Source: a virus
Virus record (IMG/VR): IMGVR_UViG_3300044683_000172
Coordinates: 1 to 64,000 of that record
DNA length: 64,000 bases
Strand: one strand, 5' to 3'
In this document: positions 50,625-59,895 of the stretch, one piece after another
Layout: each line of letters starts with the position of its first letter
Position numbering within the stretch: position 1 is the stretch's first letter
Made by a program: the position numbers and the translations under genes
The notes under the pieces: model-generated
Told to the model about the DNA's origin: nothing
The model's input: only the letters and a program-made list of their open reading frames with translations
Databases searched by the model: none

Positions 50625-51877
50625 TGGACCACCACGATGATTCGGCCGCGATCTGCGATGCCTTGTTCGAAGGGCTTCAGCGGATACTCATACACATAGT
50701 CGGCCGGATAGCTCGGCGGCGACGCGCCGTGGGGAACGACCGCCACGCGGCACTCCTTCACGTACATCCCAGGAAGCTCTCGGCTTACAGCGCCTGCAAT
50801 CTCCCAAGACGACACCGAGGTGCCAACGGTCAGACCGTCTTCGCCAGCCAGCTGGCCGGTTGCATAATCCATGACGGCGTTGCGAATGGCCGGCTCGGGA
50901 TCGGCCACCGATTGGGTCTGCGACACAATGAAGTGCACATATACGTCATACAGAACCGGGGTTGTGAACTGGACGTAATATTGCTGCTGCGTGCTTTGGT
51001 CCACAACGGTGATGCCATTGGGAGGGCTGACTGCCACGCCAGAATTCGATCCGTAGTCCCATGGGCATCCGCCTTGGTGCGCGGCATACAGCGCATTGGC
51101 CACATCCTGAAGGTTGGGAGTTCCGGCGACGCAAACCCACATGGCATTCGGCTTTGTGAAGGTCACGCCATTCACGACGCCGGCCGTGCCTGTGTTGTTT
51201 TCGACGACTTGGCACGACGTAACGTTGGCTACGTCCAAGACCGCCGCGCGGATTGCAGCGGACGAGCCGAGTCCTTGAGCAGCCAATCTCTGGTTCCGAA
51301 GGTTCTTCAACTTCGGATCGTTTACTGCGGTTGTTCCGGGCGTGACAGTCGTCGTCGGCAGCACTTGAATGGAGCCCCATCCGATAATACCATCAAGGAT
51401 CGTCATCGATCCAACAGGAAGATCAACGCTGCCATACTGTTGAGAAGCGACGACTGCCGTATCGATGGTTCCGGCCGCAGGAATGGTGATGTCTCCGACC
51501 GTCACAAATACATCGCCAGCGCCCGTTTGGACGCGCGATCCGTCAGGAACAACCGTGTTGAGGTTGCCTGTGACACGAAGGTTCCGGCCGACGGTGGATT
51601 GGTTCTTGCCGCGATCAACACCGAGAAGCGCGGCCAGCGCGTCCAGGAAAACGCCATAGGCTTCGTTCGGATTGATCTGATTTGCCAGCTCTGCGTTGTT
51701 CCGCATCACAGCGGAACGGGCGATGACTTCCGCCGCGATGATCGTGCCTTGGGGCGTTGAAGCATCCAGATCGAGATTGTTTCCGAATGCATCTTTCCAT
51801 TCGTTTTGGACCTCGGTCAGGATGTCTTGCGTATCGGCGACGATTACGCCGGTATCCATCAAATATTGATATGGCAT
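50621..51877 (-). CDS. baseplate J-like protein
   Basis: 418 aa. N-terminus DTQDILTEVQNEWKDAFGNNLDLDASTPQGTIIAAE is typical of the Baseplate_J family. Confidence 0.8.
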   Translation of the reverse strand: MPYQYLMDTGVIVADTQDILTEVQNEWKDAFGNNLDLDASTPQGTIIAAEVIARSAVMRNNAELANQINPNEAYGVFLDALAALLGVDRGKNQSTVGRNLRVTGNLNTVVPDGSRVQTGAGDVFVTVGDITIPAAGTIDTAVVASQQYGSVDLPVGSMTILDGIIGWGSIQVLPTTTVTPGTTAVNDPKLKNLRNQRLAAQGLGSSAAIRAAVLDVANVTSCQVVENNTGTAGVVNGVTFTKPNAMWVCVAGTPNLQDVANALYAAHQGGCPWDYGSNSGVAVSPPNGITVVDQSTQQQYYVQFTTPVLYDVYVHFIVSQTQSVADPEPAIRNAVMDYATGQLAGEDGLTVGTSVSSWEIAGAVSRELPGMYVKECRVAVVPHGASPPSYPADYVYEYPLKPFEQGIADRGRIIVVVQ

Positions 51878-51879
51878 GA

Positions 51880-52641
51880 TCAGAATTGATTCGTGTTGGC
51901 GTTGCCGGGCTGAACGCCGCCGTGGACGTGGTGGTCAACTCGTTTGCCGGCCACCGTCGTTTCCGTCGGAAGATCGCAAGGCTTCCCAGAGGCCGCGCCA
52001 AATCCGCCGTTCGCAGCCGTAGGCCCTTGCAGAGTCGTCGATTGCTCAACAGTAAGGTTGCCGTCGATTTTCACATCCTTTGAGAACTCTGCCAAAGGAA
52101 CGTCCACAAGCACTTTCGAAGGTGCTGTGATTTTTATGTTGTCTGACCGAATGGAAATTCGAGTCGCGCCGTCTGTCGATTGAATGACCATGGCGTCCGA
52201 ATCTTCGGCGTTCATCACGTACTTACTAAACACATCTGGAACAAACAGGCCGTCCGCGAATTTGTGGAATCGATCAGTCGGCGGGTATTGCTCAGTTAGA
52301 GTTTGCTTCCACAGAGAAATATCTCTGTCGGATGCATAAATCCAACCATTAGACCCTGGCTTGAGCGGAAAGGAGATGTGGTAGCCGCCGCCGCCCAACG
52401 ACAATACGCAGATGTCAATCAGTTCATTTCTTGGAATTAGCTGATCGCGCTGACCAACAAACATGATCTGCGGCTTGACCCTGGCGACATTTCTCGTTCG
52501 GTCGAAGGAGACGACCACGGCCGGGATCATGACTTCAAAATCGATTGCGAATCGCTCAAGGATGTACCTGAACGCCGCAGTATCACTCGTGGTGTCTGAC
52601 GGCTTTTGCGCTAAAATCGGATTTTGCTGACTTTCGGCCAT
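51880..52641 (-). CDS. baseplate central spike / gpV-Gp138-like protein
   Basis: PAVVVSFDRTRNVARVKPQI OB-fold N-terminal pattern. Position upstream of baseplate J. Confidence 0.6.
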   Translation of the reverse strand: MAESQQNPILAQKPSDTTSDTAAFRYILERFAIDFEVMIPAVVVSFDRTRNVARVKPQIMFVGQRDQLIPRNELIDICVLSLGGGGYHISFPLKPGSNGWIYASDRDISLWKQTLTEQYPPTDRFHKFADGLFVPDVFSKYVMNAEDSDAMVIQSTDGATRISIRSDNIKITAPSKVLVDVPLAEFSKDVKIDGNLTVEQSTTLQGPTAANGGFGAASGKPCDLPTETTVAGKRVDHHVHGGVQPGNANTNQF

Positions 52642-52694
52642 TGAGCATCCTTTTTGTCGCCATATTATAGGATGTACTCATGGCCATGTAAATC

Positions 52695-53261
52695 TCATCG
52701 CTTCTTGGTTTTGGCTTCCTTTTCGGCTGCTTCATAAGCGAGTGCTTTATTGATGCCTTGAACGACAAGAACATCGAACATCTTGAAGGCATCCTCAAGC
52801 GAGTAATACTCTTCCAATTCTTTAAGGGTCGCCGCGCCCTCTTGAATGAGATGGGAAAGCATCGGGTCCAAAGCTTCGCTGCGAACAGCGTCAACTCCGC
52901 TGACAAATCGAGCAGGAACTTTGGCGCTTTTCCAATTCTTCAGGAATCCGAATGAGTGATCCGAAACCAATGCGCAGACGCCATTCAAAGCAAGCTTGGG
53001 CATCATCATTCCGGTGATATCGCCAACTTTCTTGTTTATGACGTCTCGATCATTGAGCTTCAGCCAATTGTCTCCGTCCAGGAGTTCAGTGTCGCAAAGA
53101 ATTTCCAAGGGACTCATATCTGTGGCTCTGTTCAGATATTCCATCGCCTTGGTTGCGGAGAACTGTTTCGTTCGATACTTCTTTCCGAATGCATCGAACA
53201 CAAGAATCTGTCTCATTGAATCTCTCTGCTGATGGTTCCTGCGGGCGGCGATCCAAGGCAC
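52695..53261 (-). CDS. hypothetical tail-module protein
   Basis: 188-aa ORF overlapping the upstream gene by 49 nt. Confidence 0.55.
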   Translation of the reverse strand: MPWIAARRNHQQRDSMRQILVFDAFGKKYRTKQFSATKAMEYLNRATDMSPLEILCDTELLDGDNWLKLNDRDVINKKVGDITGMMMPKLALNGVCALVSDHSFGFLKNWKSAKVPARFVSGVDAVRSEALDPMLSHLIQEGAATLKELEEYYSLEDAFKMFDVLVVQGINKALAYEAAEKEAKTKKR

Positions 53262-54133
53262 TGCATGTAGAACGCGGTATCCCGGCTGCTGAGATCGTAT
53301 TGTATCGCGTAGATCAAATAATCGATGTTGTTGACCAGCGGATTCATCTTGGACTGCAAACGCGCGGCATTGGTCAGACGCATGTTCGGATCAAACATTG
53401 TCTTGAAAGTGACGCCCCAATCTTGCCAAACCGGAGTTCCGATGAATTCCGACAGCGTCATTTTTGCATCGGGATTCACCAGTTTATCTCGGTCTTTCAC
53501 GTATAGGAAATCATCATCAATGAATGCTGAGACATCCGCAGAGTAATAACCCTGGATTTCGATCAAAAGCGCGGATACAACCGCAACGCCGCGCATGGCG
53601 TTCGGTATGATCTCATCATTGTGGCTTGTGTCACAAACGAATCTATCGTCAAACTGCATTTGTTTCGCGGCCCACGCGACCAATTCTTTGAATGTGGCAT
53701 TCTCAGGCGGCGCTCCTGAGATGTTCTTGGTCTTGTCAGACTGCCGCGTGAAGCATTGAATCGTCATCACCAAGTTTGGTGGCGGAGAAGATATATCCAC
53801 CGTCACGATCTGGCCTTGGTACACCACAGATTTGGTCTCAACGCCATTGGACGAATATCCGGCTTCAATTTGAATATTCGCCCAATATTGAACATCGCCG
53901 CCGCGATCAATCTTTCTCTTGTCCCACGCCGTGAAGTTGGACAGCAGAAGTTCTCGCAGAGAAGTAGACATCCCGCCGATATCGATGGTGGCCATGTTCT
54001 GGATGGCCAAAGCCGCCTTGTTTATTCGGGCTCTGAGCATCAATGATTCATCCAGGACGACACGAGTCATCGTGCCGTCCGTTCCCACAGGGATGTCAAT
54101 TGTGAATCGAAGGATTCTCTTTTTCAGAGGCAT
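53213..54133 (-). CDS. probable baseplate hub / tail protein
   Basis: 306 aa, start overlapping the tape-measure stop. Call is by position only. Confidence 0.45.
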   Translation of the reverse strand: MPLKKRILRFTIDIPVGTDGTMTRVVLDESLMLRARINKAALAIQNMATIDIGGMSTSLRELLLSNFTAWDKRKIDRGGDVQYWANIQIEAGYSSNGVETKSVVYQGQIVTVDISSPPPNLVMTIQCFTRQSDKTKNISGAPPENATFKELVAWAAKQMQFDDRFVCDTSHNDEIIPNAMRGVAVVSALLIEIQGYYSADVSAFIDDDFLYVKDRDKLVNPDAKMTLSEFIGTPVWQDWGVTFKTMFDPNMRLTNAARLQSKMNPLVNNIDYLIYAIQYDLSSRDTAFYMQCLGSPPAGTISREIQ

Positions 54134-56385
54134 TATCGTTTGATCGAATTCGATTGTTGGTTGACCAATGCGGTGTTTTCGGTCTTCTTGTAGAATTCTT
54201 CTTTGACCGCGCGAGCCGTGGCGAATGGGTTATCGGAGCCGTTGACGCTGATGATCACGGAATTCGCGCCAAACGTGATGTTTCTGCCTCCTTCAGCGCC
54301 CAGGCCGACGACTTCGCCGCCAACCTTCTTCATCGTCTCCAAGTTCTTCTGGGCGTCTTGCAATTCCCGTTTCAACTTGGCCACTTCCGTCGCAGGAAGG
54401 CCAATGCCTTCCAACCGCGTCTTAATGGAGTTGATGTGGTTGATTTGACCGTTGTACATCTCGCCCATGACCTTGGACATATCGCCCTTGGACAGGCCGC
54501 CCTGCTTGATCTGAGCGAAAGGCACTCCAGTGGCGGCTTCGATGTTCCTGATCACGTCGTCGCGCGCCATCGTTGACGGGGAAGGCGCCTCGAATCGTGC
54601 GCCCTTGTAGAACGGTCGAGCAGGAGCGACTTCAGCGCTTGCGGCTTGTCCGATGTTCTGCCCAAGAATGTACGAAGGGTAAGCATTCGTGTATCGTCCC
54701 CATTTCGCCTGATTCGGGCCGCCATGGTACATCTTGAGAGCCATCTCAACATTACCGCCAGTCGCCTTGAGGTTTTCGGCGAGAAGGCGCGTACCGCCCA
54801 TGATGTTGGATGCAGGATCATAAGCGTTCGCAATCCCGTACGCCTTTTGAATTTCCGGCATCAACTGCATCAACCCCATCGCGCCCTTTGGACTGGTGAT
54901 ATTAGGATCGAATTTGCTTTCGCCAGAAATGACCTTTTTGATGAGATCGAACGGGACGCCGTATTTTTTTGATGCCTCTGCAATCAAAGAGTCATAATTG
55001 TTGTTGATGCCGTTCGGAGCAAGCTTGATGCCCGCAACGATATCGCCAGGAGATGCGGCCGCGCCACGAGACAGGCCAGCGCCGGCCACCGGCGTTTCTC
55101 CGAAGCGAGGATGGGGTGGAGCGATGTTCCCCGATGGGCCTTGGTCGTTCCGAAGGCCCGAGGCTGCCCCGGCCAGTCCGGCCCAAGCGGCCCACGCCTC
55201 GCGCTCGTCGATGGCGTTGGCGAAGGACATCACGGCATTCGAGAACAAATTGGCGGCGCGCTCATATTGAATGATGTTCTGTCGCTCCAACTCTGCGCCC
55301 TTATTCGCCTCTTTGACCACTTTCTCTGTGGCCTTTTGCTGCCTTTCATCCGATTGGCCAATTGTGTCCTCGAAGGTCTTCGAGACTGCAGAACCCAGCG
55401 CGCCTGCGATCCCTTCTTCACCCGGATTCAAAAGCGCATTCTTCAAATTCTTCCAAAGATTAACGTGGAAGTCCTTGAATATATTCCATCCCTCAACGGC
55501 GCCCTTGGCACCTTCTTTCAGGCCCTTTGTAACAGTTTCTGCAACTTGTCCGAACGCCTCCAAAGCCGGAGTCAAGGAATCGGCCAGGGTCTGACGCGCT
55601 TCTCGAAGTTGCTCATCCGCCGCGCCCATAGAACGGCGGAAGGCTTCCATTGATGCGTTTGCTTTTTGACGCGCTTGGAATTCACCATTCGTGAGAGTTG
55701 ACGAGCGGCCTTGTTCGATGGCATATTCGCGAAGCGCCTTAGCTTGATCGATGGTAAGCCCGTTGACGGTGCCCATTGCAACTGCAACTTGCTCGGACGA
55801 AACCGCCATCTTGTCCATCATCTGCTTGATGGCTTCGGTTGTGCTTGTCAACTCGCCTTGCGGACCACGAACCGAAACACCGGCCATGCGCAAGGCGATG
55901 GACGCACGATTGTTCATGTTCGGATCGGTCTGAGCGGCCCGCAATTTGTCCGCGATTGTCTCGATGGCGTTTCGCGCGGCTTCGGGACCCACTCGGCCGC
56001 CAGAGCCTCTTGCGAATTGCCGTTGGAAATCTTCGACTTGAATCGGACTCATCCCAGCGCGCTGCGCCGTCGCTCTCTGTGCATCGTACTCGCGCATGTT
56101 GTAGGTGATGAGTTTAATGGCGCCCGCCACGGCCAGAAGCGCCGCGACTGCGCCATAGGCGGCTGGAGGAATCTTGGACAAGAGAACGCCCATGCGCTCA
56201 ATGCCGCCCAGCTTCGCGCCAATTTCGGGCATGACTCTGTTGGTCAACTCCTTGAACTTGTCGATGACCTTATCCTGCTCTGACGCGGTCTTTCGGACTT
56301 TGTCTTGCAGCTGCTCCAGACGCTTGATTGAGTCCTTTAGCTCAACCGTGTACTGGAGAACGAATTTGTCCAAAGAGTCGGCCAT
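54133..56385 (-). CDS. tape measure protein with lytic transglycosylase (SLT) domain
   Basis: 750 aa, helical N-terminal half. SLT motif ESKFDPNITSPKGAMGLMQLMP with catalytic Glu. Confidence 0.85.
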   Translation of the reverse strand: MADSLDKFVLQYTVELKDSIKRLEQLQDKVRKTASEQDKVIDKFKELTNRVMPEIGAKLGGIERMGVLLSKIPPAAYGAVAALLAVAGAIKLITYNMREYDAQRATAQRAGMSPIQVEDFQRQFARGSGGRVGPEAARNAIETIADKLRAAQTDPNMNNRASIALRMAGVSVRGPQGELTSTTEAIKQMMDKMAVSSEQVAVAMGTVNGLTIDQAKALREYAIEQGRSSTLTNGEFQARQKANASMEAFRRSMGAADEQLREARQTLADSLTPALEAFGQVAETVTKGLKEGAKGAVEGWNIFKDFHVNLWKNLKNALLNPGEEGIAGALGSAVSKTFEDTIGQSDERQQKATEKVVKEANKGAELERQNIIQYERAANLFSNAVMSFANAIDEREAWAAWAGLAGAASGLRNDQGPSGNIAPPHPRFGETPVAGAGLSRGAAASPGDIVAGIKLAPNGINNNYDSLIAEASKKYGVPFDLIKKVISGESKFDPNITSPKGAMGLMQLMPEIQKAYGIANAYDPASNIMGGTRLLAENLKATGGNVEMALKMYHGGPNQAKWGRYTNAYPSYILGQNIGQAASAEVAPARPFYKGARFEAPSPSTMARDDVIRNIEAATGVPFAQIKQGGLSKGDMSKVMGEMYNGQINHINSIKTRLEGIGLPATEVAKLKRELQDAQKNLETMKKVGGEVVGLGAEGGRNITFGANSVIISVNGSDNPFATARAVKEEFYKKTENTALVNQQSNSIKR

Positions 56386-56391
56386 GGATTA

Positions 56392-56832
56392 TTACCCTTG
56401 AGATTCTTGATCTTTGATCGTTTGCTCCATCGCCGGCCCCATCAACTTGACCACATTGGTGATGAATGCGACGGCCATGTCGCCGCCAACTTGCTCCCAG
56501 TAGCCAGGGCGATCAGCGTGCGTGTCCGGGTTGATGCCGTTGCGCTCCAGGATAGTCCGGAACACGATGTTGATCGCTTCCCACGAGCGAAGATGGTTCT
56601 CGACCACGGCGACGGTGTTGATTGGAATGCGGGTATCGTTGACGATGATTGCCGCATGGCTGAGAACTTCCAGCGTGTAAGCGCGTCGCAGGTCTTTGTC
56701 CGAGGTCGATACAAATTCGAGATAGCGGTGCTGGATGTCCCAGCCGTCCATGGCAGGGAATTTCCCGATGGCGATTGCTCGCGATTCACCATTCTCCAAT
56801 TCGATTGTCAGGATGTGATCGATTTCATTCAT
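56392..56832 (-). CDS. probable tail assembly chaperone
   Basis: 146-aa acidic protein immediately upstream of the tape measure gene. Confidence 0.5.
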   Translation of the reverse strand: MNEIDHILTIELENGESRAIAIGKFPAMDGWDIQHRYLEFVSTSDKDLRRAYTLEVLSHAAIIVNDTRIPINTVAVVENHLRSWEAINIVFRTILERNGINPDTHADRPGYWEQVGGDMAVAFITNVVKLMGPAMEQTIKDQESQG

Positions 56833-57404
56833 GGTAAGATTCCGATGGTTTTGGCCACCTTATTATACAGGTCACCGACTTGTTTTGTGATGCTCACCGG
56901 AGATTGGAGACGAACGCCGCGAGTCGGTTGGTCAGCAGGTTGCGCGGCGACGAAGTTGTCCGGCTTCGCAGAGCCAATTGCTTGCTCCAATTCCATGGTG
57001 AGCAATGATGCCGTGATATTCTCGGGCGTCTGCTCAATCTCAAGGGAAATGATCACCATCGAATCGGATATCATCGATTTGGAAGTGACTTGCAACGTCG
57101 CTTCCTGATCAAGAAAGGACTGAATCACAGAATTCGTTGTCGATATATCGGGCGACCAAAATGCGACTTTAATTCGATGAGGCCGAATTATCTTGCCTGT
57201 TTGCAGGTCTGCTTCAAGAAGCTTTTTATATTCGCCTTGCGCGTTGATCTGAATCGCGGACAAGGGCATGTAAGTGTTCTCTGATTCCGCTGCAATTTCA
57301 ACCGAGCGCACCTTTATGTTTTGCCAACGAATGGTATTGGTCCGTTCATCGATAATTTTGATGGACGGCTTGCTTAGAAGAGATGTGACCAAAGAGGCGG
57401 GCAT
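56829..57404 (-). CDS. tail-module protein, paralogue of 57407..57946
   Basis: MPASLVTSLLSKPSIKII...EQTPENITASL parallels MPVSFVSSLLSPTPLKVM...SQTPENLSSI. Confidence 0.6.
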   Translation of the reverse strand: MPASLVTSLLSKPSIKIIDERTNTIRWQNIKVRSVEIAAESENTYMPLSAIQINAQGEYKKLLEADLQTGKIIRPHRIKVAFWSPDISTTNSVIQSFLDQEATLQVTSKSMISDSMVIISLEIEQTPENITASLLTMELEQAIGSAKPDNFVAAQPADQPTRGVRLQSPVSITKQVGDLYNKVAKTIGILP

Positions 57405-57406
57405 GC

Positions 57407-57946
57407 TTATACCCCCAAGACCTTTCCGACCTGTTCTCTGGCGCGGCTGAACAAATCCTGTGCGGTCTGCGCGGCATTATTCAGCGCCGCGATGCCGCGA
57501 TCTACAATCGATGCATCCCCTGGTTGTGCCGTGATCTTTTGCTGCGTTCCTTCCAGGAGGATTTGTTGGAACATGATCCTTGTTGGAATAGACGAAAGAT
57601 TCTCAGGCGTCTGACTGATGCCATCGTGCATGAGCATCATGTTATCGAAAATCAGCCCTTTGCTAGTGATCTGATATAGCGAAGAGCGATCTTCAAAGAC
57701 GCCCATGACTTGCCCTGCGACATTTAAATCCGGGCAGATGAATTCAATCTCAAGACTGCAGGGAAGTATGATTCTGGTGTCTATGATCGAATTGCCGTCT
57801 TCCAGCATATGTCGCATGGCAGCGGCCGACAGATACGCCTTGGTGCGCAGCACCTTTACTTGGCGCATCACCTGAAAGCCGCGCGTGACATTCATCACCT
57901 TCAGAGGCGTCGGGCTCAGAAGGCTGGATACAAAGGAAACGGGCAT
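57407..57946 (-). CDS. tail-module protein, paralogue of 56829..57404
   Basis: See paralogue. 179 aa. Confidence 0.6.
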   Translation of the reverse strand: MPVSFVSSLLSPTPLKVMNVTRGFQVMRQVKVLRTKAYLSAAAMRHMLEDGNSIIDTRIILPCSLEIEFICPDLNVAGQVMGVFEDRSSLYQITSKGLIFDNMMLMHDGISQTPENLSSIPTRIMFQQILLEGTQQKITAQPGDASIVDRGIAALNNAAQTAQDLFSRAREQVGKVLGV

Positions 57947-58443
57947 TACAATAGCCCCAGGAGATTCTGACCAATCGTCGCCGCGACTTGAAGACCGCTT
58001 TGGAGGCCGGCGAACGATCCGAAGGCAAATGTGTACGTGTTGGCCTTCTTTCGGCCCGTTTGGATGATGCTGTCTGCGAGTGGCCCTTTGACAATCGTTC
58101 CATTCGTCAACATCACCATCCCATTGTTTGGATACTGAATGGACATCGATGTCACATCTTCAATCGGCAAAATCGATGGACCGCTCTTTTTATTGGAAAG
58201 CAGAATGCGAAGATTCATGTCATCTTCGCTTCCTGGAATCACGGATACGTGCGCCAATACAGGAGCCGCACTTTCGAAGGAGTACAATCCGCCATCGTAC
58301 ATCATTTCATACCCGACGGGTTGGACTTCTTCGAAAATGATAGGGTCAACATCATCAGCGAATTCGGACAAGGTGAATCCCATAGGGAAGGTCTGGAGGG
58401 CCAGAACCGTAACCTTGGCTCCAAATCCGCTGATGTTTTGCAT
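57946..58443 (-). CDS. tail tube-like protein (second paralogue)
   Basis: MQNISGFGAKVTVLALQTFPMGFTLSEFADDVDP parallels the tube protein at 59359..59823. Confidence 0.6.
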   Translation of the reverse strand: MQNISGFGAKVTVLALQTFPMGFTLSEFADDVDPIIFEEVQPVGYEMMYDGGLYSFESAAPVLAHVSVIPGSEDDMNLRILLSNKKSGPSILPIEDVTSMSIQYPNNGMVMLTNGTIVKGPLADSIIQTGRKKANTYTFAFGSFAGLQSGLQVAATIGQNLLGLL

Positions 58444-58466
58444 GTCCTATTTCCTGGTAAGTCGCC

Positions 58467-58676
58467 TTACTTGGCCGTCGTCGTCTTGGCGTCGGACGGC
58501 TTGGCTTGCTCGGCCTTCTTGGTGGCAGGCGCTTGCTCCGACTCGCCGTTGGCCGAGCTTGCGTCTTCGGAGGCTTGCTTTGCCGAGTCGGCCTTGACGT
58601 CTTGGTTGGGCGTGAAGGTGTTGTCGCCGGTCGCGTGATCGATGCGGAGAACGCCGTTGCTGAATTGGATGGTCAT
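58467..58676 (-). CDS. hypothetical protein
   Basis: 69 aa with a Lys/Ala/Ser-rich tail. Confidence 0.5.
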   Translation of the reverse strand: MTIQFSNGVLRIDHATGDNTFTPNQDVKADSAKQASEDASSANGESEQAPATKKAEQAKPSDAKTTTAK

Positions 58677-59029
58677 GATTGGTTGCTCACAGTCAATTGG
58701 CCGTAGATCGTTAGGATTTGGGCCGTGAAAAAGAAACCATCGCCACGGATATCAATGCTGAGTGACTCAACGCTCAAAACGTCAGGCACGCTCAGTATCG
58801 CATCCGTCAGCGACTTCCGCGCGGCGTCCACATCTCTATGTGCCGTGAAGATGGTTCCGAGGTAATCGACACCATTTAGCACGTTGTAGATGTCTTCAGT
58901 TGTGCGCATCAAAGTCTTATGCAGCACGTTCTGGGCGCACGCCGCAGCGCCGGTGATGATTGCCAGGTTCCGTCCGTCGGGCAAGAACAGATCATTGTTG
59001 GAGTCAGTCTGGATGGTCGCTGTGGCCAT
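58673..59029 (-). CDS. hypothetical tail-module protein
   Basis: 118-aa ORF with overlapping start/stop couplings. Confidence 0.6.
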   Translation of the reverse strand: MATATIQTDSNNDLFLPDGRNLAIITGAAACAQNVLHKTLMRTTEDIYNVLNGVDYLGTIFTAHRDVDAARKSLTDAILSVPDVLSVESLSIDIRGDGFFFTAQILTIYGQLTVSNQS

Positions 59030-59358
59030 TACACACTTCCTCGCTTCAACATCGCTGAATATGCCGCGAATTCGGTCTTGTTCAAATACATCAGCGAAAC
59101 TGCTTGGTCAAAGTTGGTCCAGTCAGGTTCGCCATCAAAAACGAAGTTCCCGAAATCCGGAGCGTACATATAACTGTACGGCATCAGAGGTTCGCCGCTT
59201 ACGCAGCGAATGCCCCGGATTATGTCCTGGCCATTTCGTCGGATATCAGCGCACATATGCGTGATCGCCTGGAAGATTCGAACTTGCCAGAAGGCGCCGT
59301 CAACGTTGAAGGAGACGGCTTGGTTCGGGATCGCGGCCAGCGGAACCTGATACATCAC
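59029..59358 (-). CDS. hypothetical tail-module protein
   Basis: 109-aa ORF adjacent to the tube gene. Confidence 0.6.
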   Translation of the reverse strand: MMYQVPLAAIPNQAVSFNVDGAFWQVRIFQAITHMCADIRRNGQDIIRGIRCVSGEPLMPYSYMYAPDFGNFVFDGEPDWTNFDQAVSLMYLNKTEFAAYSAMLKRGSV

Positions 59359-59823
59359 TTACGCCTGTTGCGCGTTCGGGTTGGTGCGCGAGATGTTTTC
59401 AAAACGGAAGCGGTATGCATTCGTTTTGAACCGACCCGAGCTTGCAACTCGATTGATGAACGGACCGGTGACGACGGCGCCGGAGTTCAGGTTTGCGATT
59501 TCACCCGTCGGATAGTTGATCGTCATGTCAACCACGTCACGAGCGCCGCGCTTCTTGAAACCGACGCGGTTCGCTTCCACAAGCGCTTTCAGGTTCACGT
59601 CCGCGTCGCTGTTCGGAATCACCGCGATGGTGATTTCCAGACCTTGCGGCCGCGACCAGATGACCATGTTGCCGTTGAGACCAAAGGCGGTGTCTGCCAG
59701 GTCCAGGTCCGGGCTGTCCAGCGGGTCGGCGTCGTCAGCGAATTCGGTGATGGAGAAGCCGGTCGGGAAGCTGTTGGAGGCCACCAGGCTCGCGCTCAAG
59801 CCGTAGCCGGAAATGTTTTGCAT
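59359..59823 (-). CDS. tail tube protein
   Basis: 154 aa directly downstream of the sheath gene. MQNISGYGLSASLVASNSFPTGFSITEFADDADP (DUF3277-like pattern). Confidence 0.7.
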   Translation of the reverse strand: MQNISGYGLSASLVASNSFPTGFSITEFADDADPLDSPDLDLADTAFGLNGNMVIWSRPQGLEITIAVIPNSDADVNLKALVEANRVGFKKRGARDVVDMTINYPTGEIANLNSGAVVTGPFINRVASSGRFKTNAYRFRFENISRTNPNAQQA

Positions 59824-59895
59824 GTCTAACTCCTGTTGCTCGGGATTATACGAGGCAGCGCCCTATCAGAACTACTGAAAGGGCGCTGGTCACGT

